NCBI GenBank assembly: GCA_951406725.2 | Contig: OX597827.1 | Coordinates: 33,046,001-33,110,000, forward strand | Source: Octopus vulgaris | Lineage: Eukaryota | DNA length: 64,000 nucleotides | Direction of reading: 5' to 3' | In this document: positions 1-11,926 of the stretch, piece after piece | Layout: every line of letters starts with the position of its first letter | Position numbering within the stretch: position 1 is the first letter of the stretch | Position numbers and translations under genes: made by a program | Notes under the pieces: model-generated | Databases searched by the model: none | What the model was told of the DNA's origin: nothing | The model's input: the letters and a program-made list of their open reading frames with translations, nothing else

Positions 1-347
1 GGGCTCCGACAATTATTGGCACTACTGCTACCCTTTTCATCGACCACAACAGCTTAACCCTCCCAAGCTAACCTGTCATATCTCTCGACGTTTCTTTCTT
101 CCTTATCGCATACCTTGTTGTCAGCTGGGCATGCTATATTTATGATCCAACATAGTTTGCTTTCTTTCTCAATTAAGACTATGTCTGGCTTCCTATCCTC
201 TAACGATCGCACTGAATCATAAAATCACACAGTATCTTTACATTATCATTTTCGATGATGCCTTCGGGTTTATTGTCTTACCAAAATTTTTGCTCTGTCA
301 AGTCCATACTTGTAGCAAAGTGTTCAATGGACAAGGCTTGCTATATT
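1..347 (-). mobile_element. Degenerate R4/Dong-like (RLE-endonuclease) non-LTR retrotransposon fragment
   Basis: Manual minus-strand translation gives LVH*TLCYKYG..KPEGIIENDNVKILCDF..RKPDIVLIEKESKLCWIINIACPAD..ERYDRL..VPIIVGA, with stops and frameshifts. Same motifs as the intact RLE domains at 3289-6008. Confidence 0.75.
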
Positions 348-1365
348 CTAGGACAGCACTCTACACCATATGAGATGTCATCGGGTGTACCACAGGGATC
401 TGTCCTTGGCCCCCTCTTGTTTGTGGCATACATTAACGACATAGATGCCAATTTAAAGAATGCCACAGTATTGAAATATGCAGACGACATCAAGCTGTAC
501 CTTGAAATCAAGAGGACAGATCCTGATGTCTACAACTCTTTCCTGCAATCAGACCTAGACACAATGCAGCAATGGATCACAGACTGGCAACTGAAACTGG
601 CTGTGGACAAGTGTACCACCATGCATTTTGGGAGAAAAAACCCTGCGTTCACATACTCCCTCCACAACACTGATATCAAGAAATCCTCTTGCGAGCGTGA
701 CCTAGGCATCACTGTCAGCAGTGATTTGCGTTGGTCAAAGCATATCTCTAAGATTGTCAGGAAGGCCGAGGGTGTCTTGGCATCACTCAGCAGGTCTTTT
801 GTTAGCCGCTCTCCAGCCATCTATTTAAAACTGTATACAGCTATGGTACGACCACACTTGGAATTCGCATCATCAGTTTGGAACCCCTATCTTGCACAGA
901 ACATTGACCTCCTGGAATCTGTCCAGAGACGTGCAACCAAACGCATACCCTCCATCAGACACCTACCATATTCTGAGCGCCTTGTTTCCCTGGGCATGGA
1001 TTCTCTGAAGCTCCGGCGTTTGGCGACGGACTTGGTAAACACCCACAAAGTTATCAACCACCTCACCAACAACAACACTGAACACCTTTTTGATCTCCAT
1101 GTGTCTAACACACGTGGACATGCCTACAAAGTCAGAAAACAATACAGCTCCCATGACTTTCGGAAACATTTTTTCACGCTCAGAGTTGCTGAAGCATGGA
1201 ATAAACTGCCTGCGTCAGTTGTTGACTGCCATGACACTGCATCTTTTAAGGCCCTCATGCTTTCCGAAATCCGCCGAAACTTCACCTGATTATATATACA
1301 CTTTAGATGAGTTGTAGTGCACCTGAGCACTGTACACAATTATTATTATTATTATTATTATTATT
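348..1365 (+). mobile_element. 5'-truncated CR1-type LINE (RT C-terminal half, 3' UTR, TTA tail)
   Basis: Open frame with SGVPQGSVLGPLLF, YADDIK, ERDLG, LY..VRPHLE, TRGH..K and VAEAWNKLP. Stop at 1289, short 3' UTR, then (TTA)n. Confidence 0.9.
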
Positions 1366-3231
1366 GTCATGGCGTCTCTTATATTCTGTAGGGTTAAACG
1401 ACCGTACGTAAGGAGTTGGCGACAAATGCCTCCATTTGAACGCCGCACGGTCGTCCCCTAACAAAATAAGATAGCCACATACATAATATAACATACCGAA
1501 CCAAAGGGATATAAATGAAAGCCGACAAACCGTTCTACTGTTTCAGAGAGAAGAAGACTTTATTCACAAAGTGTACGAGGATAAGGTATGTGAGTGCTAG
1601 CGAAGTGTTGTGTCTGACTGCGTGCGACAATATTTGTGTCTGTGTGTTCGTGTGCGCGACAGAAGGTACAGAGGATCTTTTCCTTTTGAACGGCACTTTG
1701 TAACATAATTTCTAGGTAACTAAAAGGTTTTAAACGTCGTATACTGAAAATTCTACATGTAACATATTTCGTCTTTAATTTCGAGCATTTCGGCAATTTT
1801 AACCAATCGCTGATCTCCATTCTGTGCATAATGAATATGTCCCTCCTTTAAGAAACAGATTGGGTTTATTTACATTTGTGAAGAAAAAAGATACCCTTCC
1901 CCAACCCCTAACCCTAAATCTAAAATAGATTAAAATGCAATAGATCGATACTAGGGCCATAATTATAGGTGACATTTTCATTTGACACCGCTAGAAAAAA
2001 ATCCCATTTTCCGTAGCGGTGTCGTATGAAATTGTCACCCATAATTATAATCCTAGTATCGATCTATTTCATTTCAATCTATTTTAGATTTAGGGTTAGA
2101 GTTAGGGTTAGGGTTAGGGGTGGGGGAAGAGTATTTTTTTCTTCACAAATGTAAATAAACCCAATCTGTTTCTTAAAGGTGGGACATATTCATTATGCAC
2201 AGAATGTTATTTACCCAAATGGAGGTCAGCGATTGGTTAAAATTGCCGAAATGCTCGAAATTAAAGACGAAATATGTTAGAACATATAGAATTTTTTCAA
2301 TAAGGGCAAGAAAAAATGATGTTTTATAAACACATTCTACCTATACGAAGTTTAAAAGTGTTTAGTTAACTAGAAATTGTGTTGAAAAGTACCGTTCAAA
2401 AAGAAAAGATCCGGTACAGACAAAGGTGTATGCATGTAAAACAGAAATATAGAATACAAAATACAGAGCATAAGATAAGTTCTCAGCATATTGAGTTAAG
2501 ATAGAGTTAGTTTACCAGTTCATAAGGTACACAATAGTAAGTTCTATAACAAGATGTTGGGGGCACGTGGCAGAGCCGGTTGCTACCAGTGTAGAAGTTG
2601 TGGCTATCAAGCCGTGCCGAGTCTCTTGATACAGTTAGTTGTTTCAATATACTACAACTGTTTTCCTCGTGGTGAAAGATTCACACAAACAGCTTGAGTT
2701 AAACTTGGTCGATGTTGATGTGTACATGTTGAAGTCGATGGAGATAGAGACGACGTAAAGTTGAAGTACTATGATGGTGATGATGGAGATCGTCCTGCGT
2801 AGCGGGTGTGCAATAGCGTCTTCATAGCTGGAGCAATAGCATGGTTGGCTGGCTGGTCGTCTGTCGCTGGAACTGGAACGTGGCTGAGTAGCTCTGTGGT
2901 CAGTGACTAGACCTTAAAAGGTCTGGAGCCGAAAGACGAAGAATAGTGAAACCAAGCTTATTTATAGTCCGTGGTAGGCTCAAATGAAGCAGACCTTATC
3001 CGAAGGCCGTGATTGGTTGGCTTTACACTCTGGCGCGAAATAAGTCGGGAGACAGACCGCGCCAGATGCCAGCCAATCAGATCAGTGGACACAACAGGGC
3101 CAAGCTAGCCAAAGATGGTTGTAATCTCAAACGAGATCATTCTTATTGTGTCTCTCAAACAGTGAGGATATCAATATCGCTACAATTCCTTCTGGGCTAG
3201 TGGCGTACAATGACTGGTAATATGCCATACG

Positions 3232-3232
<1 letters not shown>
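1365..3232 (-). mobile_element. Possible solo LTR, interrupted by a foldback element
   Basis: Bounded by (TTA)n on both sides. Imperfect terminal repeat TGTCATGGC...GCCATAC. Minus strand has CCAAT boxes near 3010-3075, CTATAAATA at 2959-2967 and AATAAA at 1559-1564. Confidence 0.35.
1673..2412. mobile_element. Foldback/MITE-type DNA transposon with long TIRs and 8-bp TSD
   Basis: Near-complete palindrome GGATCTTTTCCTTTTGAACGG...CCGTTCAAAAAGAAAAGATCC centred near 2002. Perfect direct repeat GGTACAGA at 1665-1672 and 2413-2420. Arms carry CCCTAA/TTAGGG. Confidence 0.85.
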
Positions 3233-3288
<56 letters not shown>

Positions 3289-3291
<3 letters not shown>

Positions 3292-5008
3292 TAGTTTTAT
3301 TTTTATTTTTATAGCGTGCTTTCACTTCACTACCGAGCGCAGCTCTGTGTGCCTGTGATGCCCTGATGGTTATTGTATGGAAAGTGTTCTGCGTAGGATG
3401 TGTGCAGTGCCTAGTAGTGCAATTTTCTGTATGTTATATGTGTTTGTAAGTCCTGGTGTTTTTGTTATGTATTTGTCTGAATATTTTTTTATCATGCCTA
3501 ATGCACCTACTATGATAGGAATTGTTTCTGTTTTCAGATTCCTCATTCTAGTTACCTCTATTTCCAGGTCTTTGTATTTTGAGAGTTTCTCCATTTCTTT
3601 TAGAGACACGTTGTCATCTGCCGGTACTGATACATCAATTAGAAAGCATTTTTTTCTTCATGGTCTCTGACAACTATATCTGGTCTGTTGGCCTTAATTT
3701 CTCTATCTGTGTGTATCGGCATATCCCAGAGTATGGTTGCTTTCTCGTTTTCTGTGACCTTTTCTGGTGTGTGCCTATACCATCTTTTTTCTGTTGTTAT
3801 TCCATAATGTTGGCATAGCTTCCAATGTATGTAGGTTCTAACTCTGTCATGTCTGTGAATGTATTCCTTCTTAGCCAGGACTGGGCAGCTAGAGATAATA
3901 TGATTTATTGTTTCTTGTCCATCTCCACATATTCTGCAGTTACTTGTAATATTTCTTTTCATTACATGTTTTTGGTAATTTCTGGTGGGGAGGCTTTGGT
4001 CTTGTGCTGCAATTAAAAATCCCTCTGTTTCTGCTTTGAGTCCTGAGCTTCTCAACCATTGCTGGGATTTTTCTTTGTCTATTTCTTTTGCGTTTAGTTT
4101 AGTCCAGTATTTACCATGAAGGGGCTTTTCTTGCCATCGTTTTATCATGGTTCGTTGCTGTTCTATTTTTAGTTTGGATTTCATTTTTTTTATAGCTTTT
4201 GTTGTTTCTTCTTCATCTTCTTTTTCTTCTTCTTCATGTTTATTAGGTGGTATGATTTCTTGTTTGTATTTGTCAGCTTCCTTAAATGCTGAGAACAGTT
4301 TTTTGTTTTGCTCGTGTTTTGCCGCTATCTGGATCAGTTTTCCTTCCTTCTGAAGTAGATATTTTTGCAGTCCTATGGTGGTTATTTTATAGTAGTTTTC
4401 CAGCTGTATAAGGCCTCTACCACCTTCTATACGTTGTATATATAGTCTTTCTATGTCAGATTTTGGGTGATGCATCCTAGATCCTGTCATTATTTTTCTT
4501 GTTTTCCTGTCTATTTTGGTCAGTTCATTTCGTGTCCAGTTAAGGATATTGTAGCTGTAACTTATAACTGGGACAGCTAAAGTGTTGATACCTATTATCT
4601 TGTTTTTAGCATTGAGCTCTGTGTTTAGTATTGATCTAACTCGTCTATAATATTCTTTTTTTATTTTCTCTTTCATTTGTGTGTGTTGTGTCTTATCTAG
4701 TTCATGGATTCCTAAGTATTTGTAAGTTTGGCTTTGGTCTAATTCTTTTATTTCATTTGCTTCATCTAGTGTGATGTTGTTACTCTTAACTAGTTTTCCT
4801 CTTTTCATGGTTACTTTGGCGCATTTTTCTAATCCAAATTTCATATCTATTTCCTTGGTAAATCCATGAACTGTCTTTAATAGTGTTTCCAGCTGTTTGT
4901 CATTTGCAGCGTATAGTTTTAGGTCATCCATATATAAAAGGTGGCTGATCGTTTTGCCGTAACATTTATATCCGCATCCAGTTCTATTTAGCATATCAGA
5001 TAGAGGTG
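3289..5008 (-). mobile_element. R4/Dong-like LINE copy 1 (5'-truncated): RT, CCHC knuckle, RLE endonuclease
   Basis: ORF 3639-4994 has HLLYMDDLKLYA, YKYLG, GGRGL, CRIC..ETINHIISSC and RPDIV. It continues after a frameshift (EKLSKYKDL..PIIVGALG). (TAA)n at the 3' end. Confidence 0.9.

Positions 5009-5100
<92 letters not shown>
5009..5100. repeat. (ATC)n microsatellite between the two Dong-like copies
   Basis: Seen directly. Confidence 0.95.
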
Positions 5101-5101
5101 T

Positions 5102-6006
5102 CAGTAGTTTTATTTTTATAGCGTGCTTTCACTTCACTACCGAGCGCAGCTCTGTGTGCCTCAGGTACGTGCTGTGATTTGTTGTGATGCTCTGATGGTT
5201 ATTGTATGGAAAGTGTTCTGCGTAGGATGTGTGCAGTGCCTAGTAGTGCAATTTTCTGTATGTTATATGTGTTTGTAAGTCCTGGTGTTTTTGTTATGTA
5301 TTTGTCTGAATATTTTTTTATCATGCCTAATGCACCTACTATGATAGGAATTGTTTCTGTTTTTAGATTCCACATTCTGGTTACCTCTATTTCCAGGTCT
5401 TTGTATTTTGAAAGTTTCTCCATTTCTTTTAGAGACACGTTGTCATCTGCCGGTATTGATACATCAATTAGAAAGCATTTTTTTCTTCATGATCTCTGAC
5501 AACTATATCTGGTCTGTTGGCCTTAATTTCTCTATCTGTGTGTATCGGCATATCCCAGAGTATGGTTGCTTTCTCGTTTTCTGTGACCTTTTCTGGTGTG
5601 TGCCTATACCATCTTTTTTCTGTTGTTATTCCATAATGTTGGCATAGCTTCCAGTGTATGTAGGTTCCAACTCTGTCATGTCTGTGAATATATTCCTTCT
5701 TAGCTAGGACTGGGCAGCCAGAGATAATATGATTTATTGTTTCTTGTCCATCTCCACATATTCTGCAGTTACTTGTTATATTTCTTTTCATTACATGTTT
5801 TTGGTAATTTCTGGTGGGGAGACTTTGGTCTTGTGCTGCAATTAAAAATCCCCCTGTCTCTGCTTTGAGTCCTGAGCTTCTCAACCATTGCTGGGATTTT
5901 TCTTTGTCTATTTCTTTTGCGTTTAGTTTAGTCCAGTATTTACCATGAAGGGGCTTTTCTTGCCATCGTTTTATCATGGTTCGTTGCTGTTCTGTTTTTA
6001 GTTCTG

Positions 6007-6008
<2 letters not shown>
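5102..6008 (-). mobile_element. R4/Dong-like LINE copy 2 (more truncated, near-identical to copy 1)
   Basis: ORFs 5468-5977 and 5199-5438 match copy 1 almost exactly. Same 3' end (cagtagttttatt). Confidence 0.9.
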
Positions 6009-6065
<57 letters not shown>

Positions 6066-6974
6066 CGTCACCCCCACCCCACCCTACCACCACCGTCGTT
6101 GATTTTATATCCACTTTTCCATATTTTTCTATGTCAGAAGAGATTTGATAAGGCAGACTTTTCTGCGGCCAGATGCCTTTCCTTGCCCCCGACTGTCCCC
6201 TGTTTCTAAGCAAGGCAATATATCCCTATGATATGACATATTTTTTTCTCTGTAAAATTGGAAACAAACGACCTCGTTTGTATGACGGAAACCGTCGTTT
6301 ACAACTATCCCACGGTTTTAAGATGAGAGAGTACGAAACATACACACACACACATGCACTCACACACACATGCACTCACACACGCACACATCCACACGCT
6401 AGACGGGCTTCTTTCAGTTTCCTCACAAATATATCTATTCACAAGGCTTTGGTTGGCCCGAAGAGTATAGCAAAAAATATTTACCGAAAGTGTCATTAAG
6501 TAGCGGTAAATTCGAAACCTCATTGTTGGGAAGAAAGCTTCTAGACCACATAGCCATGTCCGTTGCAATCTGTTGAGCCAGGTTTCGAGTTTGAGCCAGG
6601 AAAAATATAAAGGGCCATTCCCTCCATGGCAAAATATTGGAAAAATAAAAACAAAAATTCTGAACCGTAATTTTGCCCTGATGACTTAGAATTTTATCCT
6701 CTCGTAATCAATAAGGTAAGTACCATTCTTGTAGAATAGACGATTGAATGAAATAAAGTGATCTATTCCCAAATATGATTGTGTCGTGTTAATTGGAGAA
6801 ATCAATATTCGATATGCCTGCCTTTCAAATTTGTCAATTAATCGAATAAAGTATGTAATAGCTTTTCACCAAGGTAAATAACTCTTCAATATATACACAG
6901 TTACGTCCCTTAAGATTATCCGAACTAATTTTATGCAAAATCATTTTTCGTGTGTGCGTGTGTTTCGTTTATTC

Positions 6975-7464
6975 TTTTATATGTTTCAGCCATTTGATTG
7001 CGTCCATGCTGGAGCACAGTCTTAAAGGATTTTAGTCCAAGAAATCGATCCCAGGACTAATTCCTTGTAAGCCTAGTACTTATTCTATCGATCATTTTTG
7101 CTGAAACGCTATTGTTACAGGGACATAAACACACCAAAATCGGTTTTCAAGCGATGATGGGGGGACCAACACAGACACAAAGACGCACACTCACACACAC
7201 GCAAACGCACACGCGCACACGCGCACACATACACGCACGCACGCGCACACGCGCACACATACACGCACGCACACACACACACACACGCACGCACGCACAC
7301 ACGACAGTCTTCTTTCAATTTCCGTGTGCCAAATCCACTCACAAGGCTTTAATCGGCCCAAGGCTACAGTAGAAGACACTTTCCCTATGTGCCACGTTGT
7401 GGGACTGAATCCGGAACCATGTGGTTGAGAAGCAAGCTTCTTACCACACAGCCACGCCTGCGTC
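6975..7464 (-). mobile_element. tRNA-derived SINE, family S1 (near full length)
   Basis: Reverse complement of the 56046-56458 element: tRNA-like head, CCTTGGGCAAG-like core, internal (CA)n. A partial copy lies at about 6390-6560. Confidence 0.8.
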
Positions 7465-7921
7465 TCATATGGATGGAGCTTCAACCAGCCGGAGTCTTGG
7501 GGGGGCGTGTGCAGTAAGGGTAATTTACTCATTATTTCTGCTGTTCGGACGACACTACTGCATTCGAAAAGCAAAAGAAAAACCAAAAAAACAGCTTCTT
7601 GTTTGTATCGTACAATACACATTTCGACGCTTCTAATAAAACAAATACACGTTTTCGTTTATATTTGTACACACGTGGTTGTTCAATAAGCTACTTAGCG
7701 TCTAAATCGCCGGATGAATTTATCAGCAGGCTGTTAAGCTTAATGGTAAGCACTCAGCCGCAGTTTTGGGGGATGCAGGTTCAAGTTCCGTGTCTGCTGA
7801 CAACATTTCTGCTTTGTAACTGAAATTTACCCATTATTTCTGTTGTTCTAACAGCAATAATGCGTTCGAAAATAAAAAGGAAAAGAAAAAATTGTCTTCT
7901 TGTTTGTATTATATAAATACA

Positions 7922-8141
7922 GGCACAGGAGTGGCTGTGTGGTAAGTAGCTTGCTTACCAACCACACGGTTCCGAGTTCAGTCCCACTGCGTGGCACCTT
8001 GGCAATTGTCTTCTACTATAGCCTCGGACCGACCAAAGCTTTGTGAGTGGATTTGGTAGACGGAGACTGAAAGCATTGGATTGAACTCGGAACCACGTCG
8101 TTGGTAAGCAAGCTACTTACCACACAGCCACTCCTGCGCCT
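7922..8141. mobile_element. Two S1 SINE heads in inverted orientation
   Basis: GGCACAGGAGTGGCTGTGTGGTAAG.. on + at 7922-8072, and its reverse complement ..CTTACCACACAGCCACTCCTGCGCC at 8078-8141. Confidence 0.8.
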
Positions 8142-8179
8142 ATTGATGACATCGACTGTATATCTAGCTTTGATTTGCT

Positions 8180-8770
8180 CTTCATATAGCTAGGTAATGT
8201 ATTTTCATCTTGCTTTGGAACCATTATACCCTGATGCTGTAGCTTCAGCGGGAATTTCCCCAGTAAGAGGAGATGGTTTGATCTAACATTTATTCCAGTG
8301 TAAATTCTCACGTCATTCATCGGTCTTCTGGACTTGGTGCCGATGGTGATATAGTTGATCTGGGTTTTACAGTGTCAAACCGATGATATCCAAGTTCGCT
8401 TTGAGAACTTTGATGTGTGGAAAGATCTAGTGATCCGACTACTGAATGTACAGAAGCCTGTAAAACAACTCACAGCTTTTGTTGATTTCACCTCTTCCTT
8501 CCCTATCCATCACTTTTCCTTGCCATTGTTGCGTGACCCAATATTTACATTTAGATCTCCAACGAGAATACCTTAGCTATTTGGCCAGTAATGAATTGCA
8601 GTTGTTCATACTACGTTGTAGCCATTGTGTTGTTTGCAACCATTGGTTGGTGCATAACACTACCATACTTACTTTCTTTGTTTTTCTAATCTGGTAGTCA
8701 TGATCCTGGGCGTTACATCTGACCATTCCACCAAGGATGCTGCAGTTTCTTTGGAGAACATCAAACCGAC

Positions 8771-8821
<51 letters not shown>

Positions 8822-8900
8822 ATTGTCCCCTTCATGCTCAGAATAGAGAAGAGTCTCCCCAATAACCAAGGTACATTTATCCTGACTTCAGCTACCTCGT
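8180..8900 (-). mobile_element. Degenerate RTE-type LINE APE endonuclease region
   Basis: GETLLYSEHEG..AVGLMFSKETAASLVEWSDVTPRIMTTRL and DVRIYTGINVRSNHLLL resemble RTE endonuclease motifs. Interrupted by (GT)n. Confidence 0.65.
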
Positions 8901-9735
8901 TTCACAAAGACCTAATATTTCAAGTTTGTCGAGCTTCATCTCAGCAACAATCTAGACCGTTTTTCTGGTTTCGAATATGGTGCTTACGTTCCATGTCCCT
9001 CGTCGTGTGGTTGTCCTTGGAGAAAGAACAGTGTTACCCGGTGTACCTTTTTTTTTTTTTTTTCGGTTTTCACTAAGTTGCTTCATACACAGTCTCTGAG
9101 GATTATCTCTGTGGTGTTTGTCGTGTTATGAGCTGTGATGAGGTATGTGGTGTTGGTGAAGAGGAATGCAGATGAGGTAGATGGAAGTGAAGACTGCAGG
9201 GGCCAGCAGAACAGCCACGGGGCATGAGTGCACCAGAAGCACATGCGGCAGTTGTTGTTTTCTTCCTTCACACTACAATCTCCCCTGCTTATCAGGATCA
9301 ATTCCACGTGTTCTCTTGGCATCTCAATGTAGAAAAATTGCTAGTGCAGGGCTGTTAACCCAACGCCAACCACTCTTCTTTCAAAACCGGACCTGGACCC
9401 GGTTGTAACTATCCTTATATTCTTATAACGGCAATATTGTGTACAAAGTGCAATTCTAAAATGTAAAGCCATGTAAACAATGTTTCTTAATTTCACTACA
9501 CCCACATCTCACAAATACATAAACACATACATTCACAGACACATAAACACACATATACACACACACACACACGTTTACAAATAAATCGGTAACAATACCG
9601 TTGTGTCTTAATGTTTTGGAGGCGGTTTTTAGGAAAATTCTTTGACCAATGACAAAGGTCACTTTAGTGCCATGCCGACATCATTTATATAAGGTTCTAT
9701 ACCACACGCCAAGTGGACATGAATTCATACACGCA

Positions 9736-9784
<49 letters not shown>

Positions 9785-10210
9785 ACGCACACACGCACAC
9801 ACACATGTACGCACTCACGCACGTACACACACACAAACACACAAATATATACATTCGCAAGCACACACACTTTCAGACATCTTCACACATTCACAAACAC
9901 ACATACACACACCACACATGCACACATTTACACACACACACACACACACATACACTCACAAACGTATACACATATTCACATATACACACGCACACACACA
10001 TACAAACTTACACCGACACATAACAATAACAAAGCAATAAAATAAAACAACAAAACAGCAATAAAAATATTTAAATAAAGTCTGTAAGCATGATGCAAAA
10101 CCAGACCGCCAACTTCTGTCTCCTCGTCACAACTTACTAATAAAAAAGTCTGCGTGCAACGTTCGTCGATTTACACTGGAGGTTGATTGGGAAAAGTCGA
10201 GTCGCGAACC

Positions 10211-11560
10211 ATGAAGTTTGCAGTTGCAACTGCTGTTCTTTTCGTTTTCCTGATTCCAATTTTTGCGTTGACCGTAACATGTCGCGTGTTGTCTTCCAGG
10301 GGACACGATCTTGTTGATTGGGAACATTCACGGCAACGGCATCATCGTCAAAACCTCAATCACGACCAGGTGGAATCCCCGGAGGAGACTGTCAATGGAA
10401 AGTACGAAAACGTCCAACAACGGAACGAAGGAGATCCGCAGTATCGTCACAGACAACAAATCCATGTGCGATACGGAAAGCACGTCCGACAGAGTCACGG
10501 GAAATCTATTCGGCGCCGACAGAGAGAATGTCACAAACAGCGATCTAGGGAACGAAACTGGCGTCGGCGCAGTGAGCGTCTTGGTCAACGACTTAGAGGT
10601 CATCAGAGAGAATTCCACAAGAAGCTGATGAAAGGACACAACCAGCATCAACACCGGCAAGGAAGGTTCGATGAGTATCATGGTTTAGAAACCATTGGGC
10701 ATCGAGAAGATTTCGACGAGCTGCAACGTTTAGGAAGCTCTCAGCATCAAGAAGAAGATTTTTACGACTTACAGGCCGCCCAGCACCAAGAGGGGAATTT
10801 TGACGAGCAGCCATATTTAAGGGCCACACAGCACCAAGAGGGGGATTTTGACAAGCAGACAGATTTAAGGGCCAGTCAGCACCGAGAGGAAGATTATGAT
10901 GACCAGCCACTCATAGATGCCTCTCGATACCGTGAGAGAGAGTTTTATGACTTAGATGCCACTCAGCATCAAGAAAGAGATTTTGACGAGCAGCAAAACT
11001 TAGGGGCCACTCAGCACCAAGACGAAGATTTTGACGAGCAGCAAGACTTAGGGGCCACTTATCACCAAGATGGGGATTTTGACGAGCAGCAACACTTAGG
11101 GACCACTCAGGACCGAGACGAAGATTTTGACAAGCAGCAGCCCGTAGGTACGCCTCAGTACCATGACAGCGATTTTTATGACTTAGAGGGAGCTGACCAC
11201 CATGAAGGAGATTATGACGAACAACACAACTTAGGGGTCACTCAGCATCGAGAGGAAGATTTTGACGAGCAGAGAGACTTAGGAGACACACAGCACCGAT
11301 GGAGCGACCATGATGAACAGCAAGATTTATGGGCCACTGAACAAGAAAGAGAATTTCACGAACATCCAGAATTAGGAACTGCTCAACACGAACAGGAAGA
11401 ATTCCACGAAGAATTACTCACACAAGACTATGAGCTGCCAGGAAAGATCGGTAAAATAGATGAAGATGAAACTCAATATATTAGTGATATCAATAAAGAA
11501 GCTATCATACCAACAGGTGTGGGAGTCCAGCCTCCACAGCCATCACCAACATCATATTAA
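10211..11560 (+). CDS. Single-exon secreted protein (449 aa): signal peptide, basic R/H/Q block, acidic 16/13-aa tandem repeats
   Basis: ATG in ACCATG context and hydrophobic leader MKFAVATAVLFVFLIPIFALTVTC. 1350-nt uninterrupted ORF of non-microsatellite sequence with diverged 48/39-nt repeats that all keep frame. Confidence 0.8.
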   Translation: MKFAVATAVLFVFLIPIFALTVTCRVLSSRGHDLVDWEHSRQRHHRQNLNHDQVESPEETVNGKYENVQQRNEGDPQYRHRQQIHVRYGKHVRQSHGKSIRRRQRECHKQRSRERNWRRRSERLGQRLRGHQREFHKKLMKGHNQHQHRQGRFDEYHGLETIGHREDFDELQRLGSSQHQEEDFYDLQAAQHQEGNFDEQPYLRATQHQEGDFDKQTDLRASQHREEDYDDQPLIDASRYREREFYDLDATQHQERDFDEQQNLGATQHQDEDFDEQQDLGATYHQDGDFDEQQHLGTTQDRDEDFDKQQPVGTPQYHDSDFYDLEGADHHEGDYDEQHNLGVTQHREEDFDEQRDLGDTQHRWSDHDEQQDLWATEQEREFHEHPELGTAQHEQEEFHEELLTQDYELPGKIGKIDEDETQYISDINKEAIIPTGVGVQPPQPSPTSY

Positions 11561-11926
11561 CTATGATAAGCATCACCGTGTGGCTGAGAGCTTGAATCAA
11601 GTAAATATTGACTAGCATACACACAAGGTAAGACACAACCCTTATTTTGATCTGTGTGCGTGTGTGTGTGTGCGTGTGGGTGTGTGTGTAAAAAACGTCA
11701 ATCGCTATTATGATTTAAAACAAAATTTTGTTAAATCTTGTATACACGCAAAACCCTCACAACACACACACACACACACACGTTCTTTGCTTTGTCCGAT
11801 GCTGTCCATAATGGTTTTCTTAACGTAAGCCTTTGTGGTTAATAAAGAAATCATCATCATCATCATCATCACCATCATCATCATCGTCGTCGTCGTCGTC
11901 ATCATCATCATCATCATCATCATTAA

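Noticed and set aside
255-347. N-terminus of the 344-aa ORF
   Set aside because: It is the antisense of a Dong-like fragment fused by chance to the truncated CR1 frame, not a real start.
2089-2120. Telomere or chromosome-fusion site
   Set aside because: Only a few TTAGGG units, located inside the arms of a transposon with a TSD.
9649-10045. His/Thr-rich ORFs, and the many HTHT, YIHT, CVCV, IYLS, RERE and poly-R ORFs elsewhere
   Set aside because: Translations of simple repeats.
10187-10210. ORF-track start of the 457-aa protein
   Set aside because: Non-ATG start; the ATG at 10211 begins the signal peptide.
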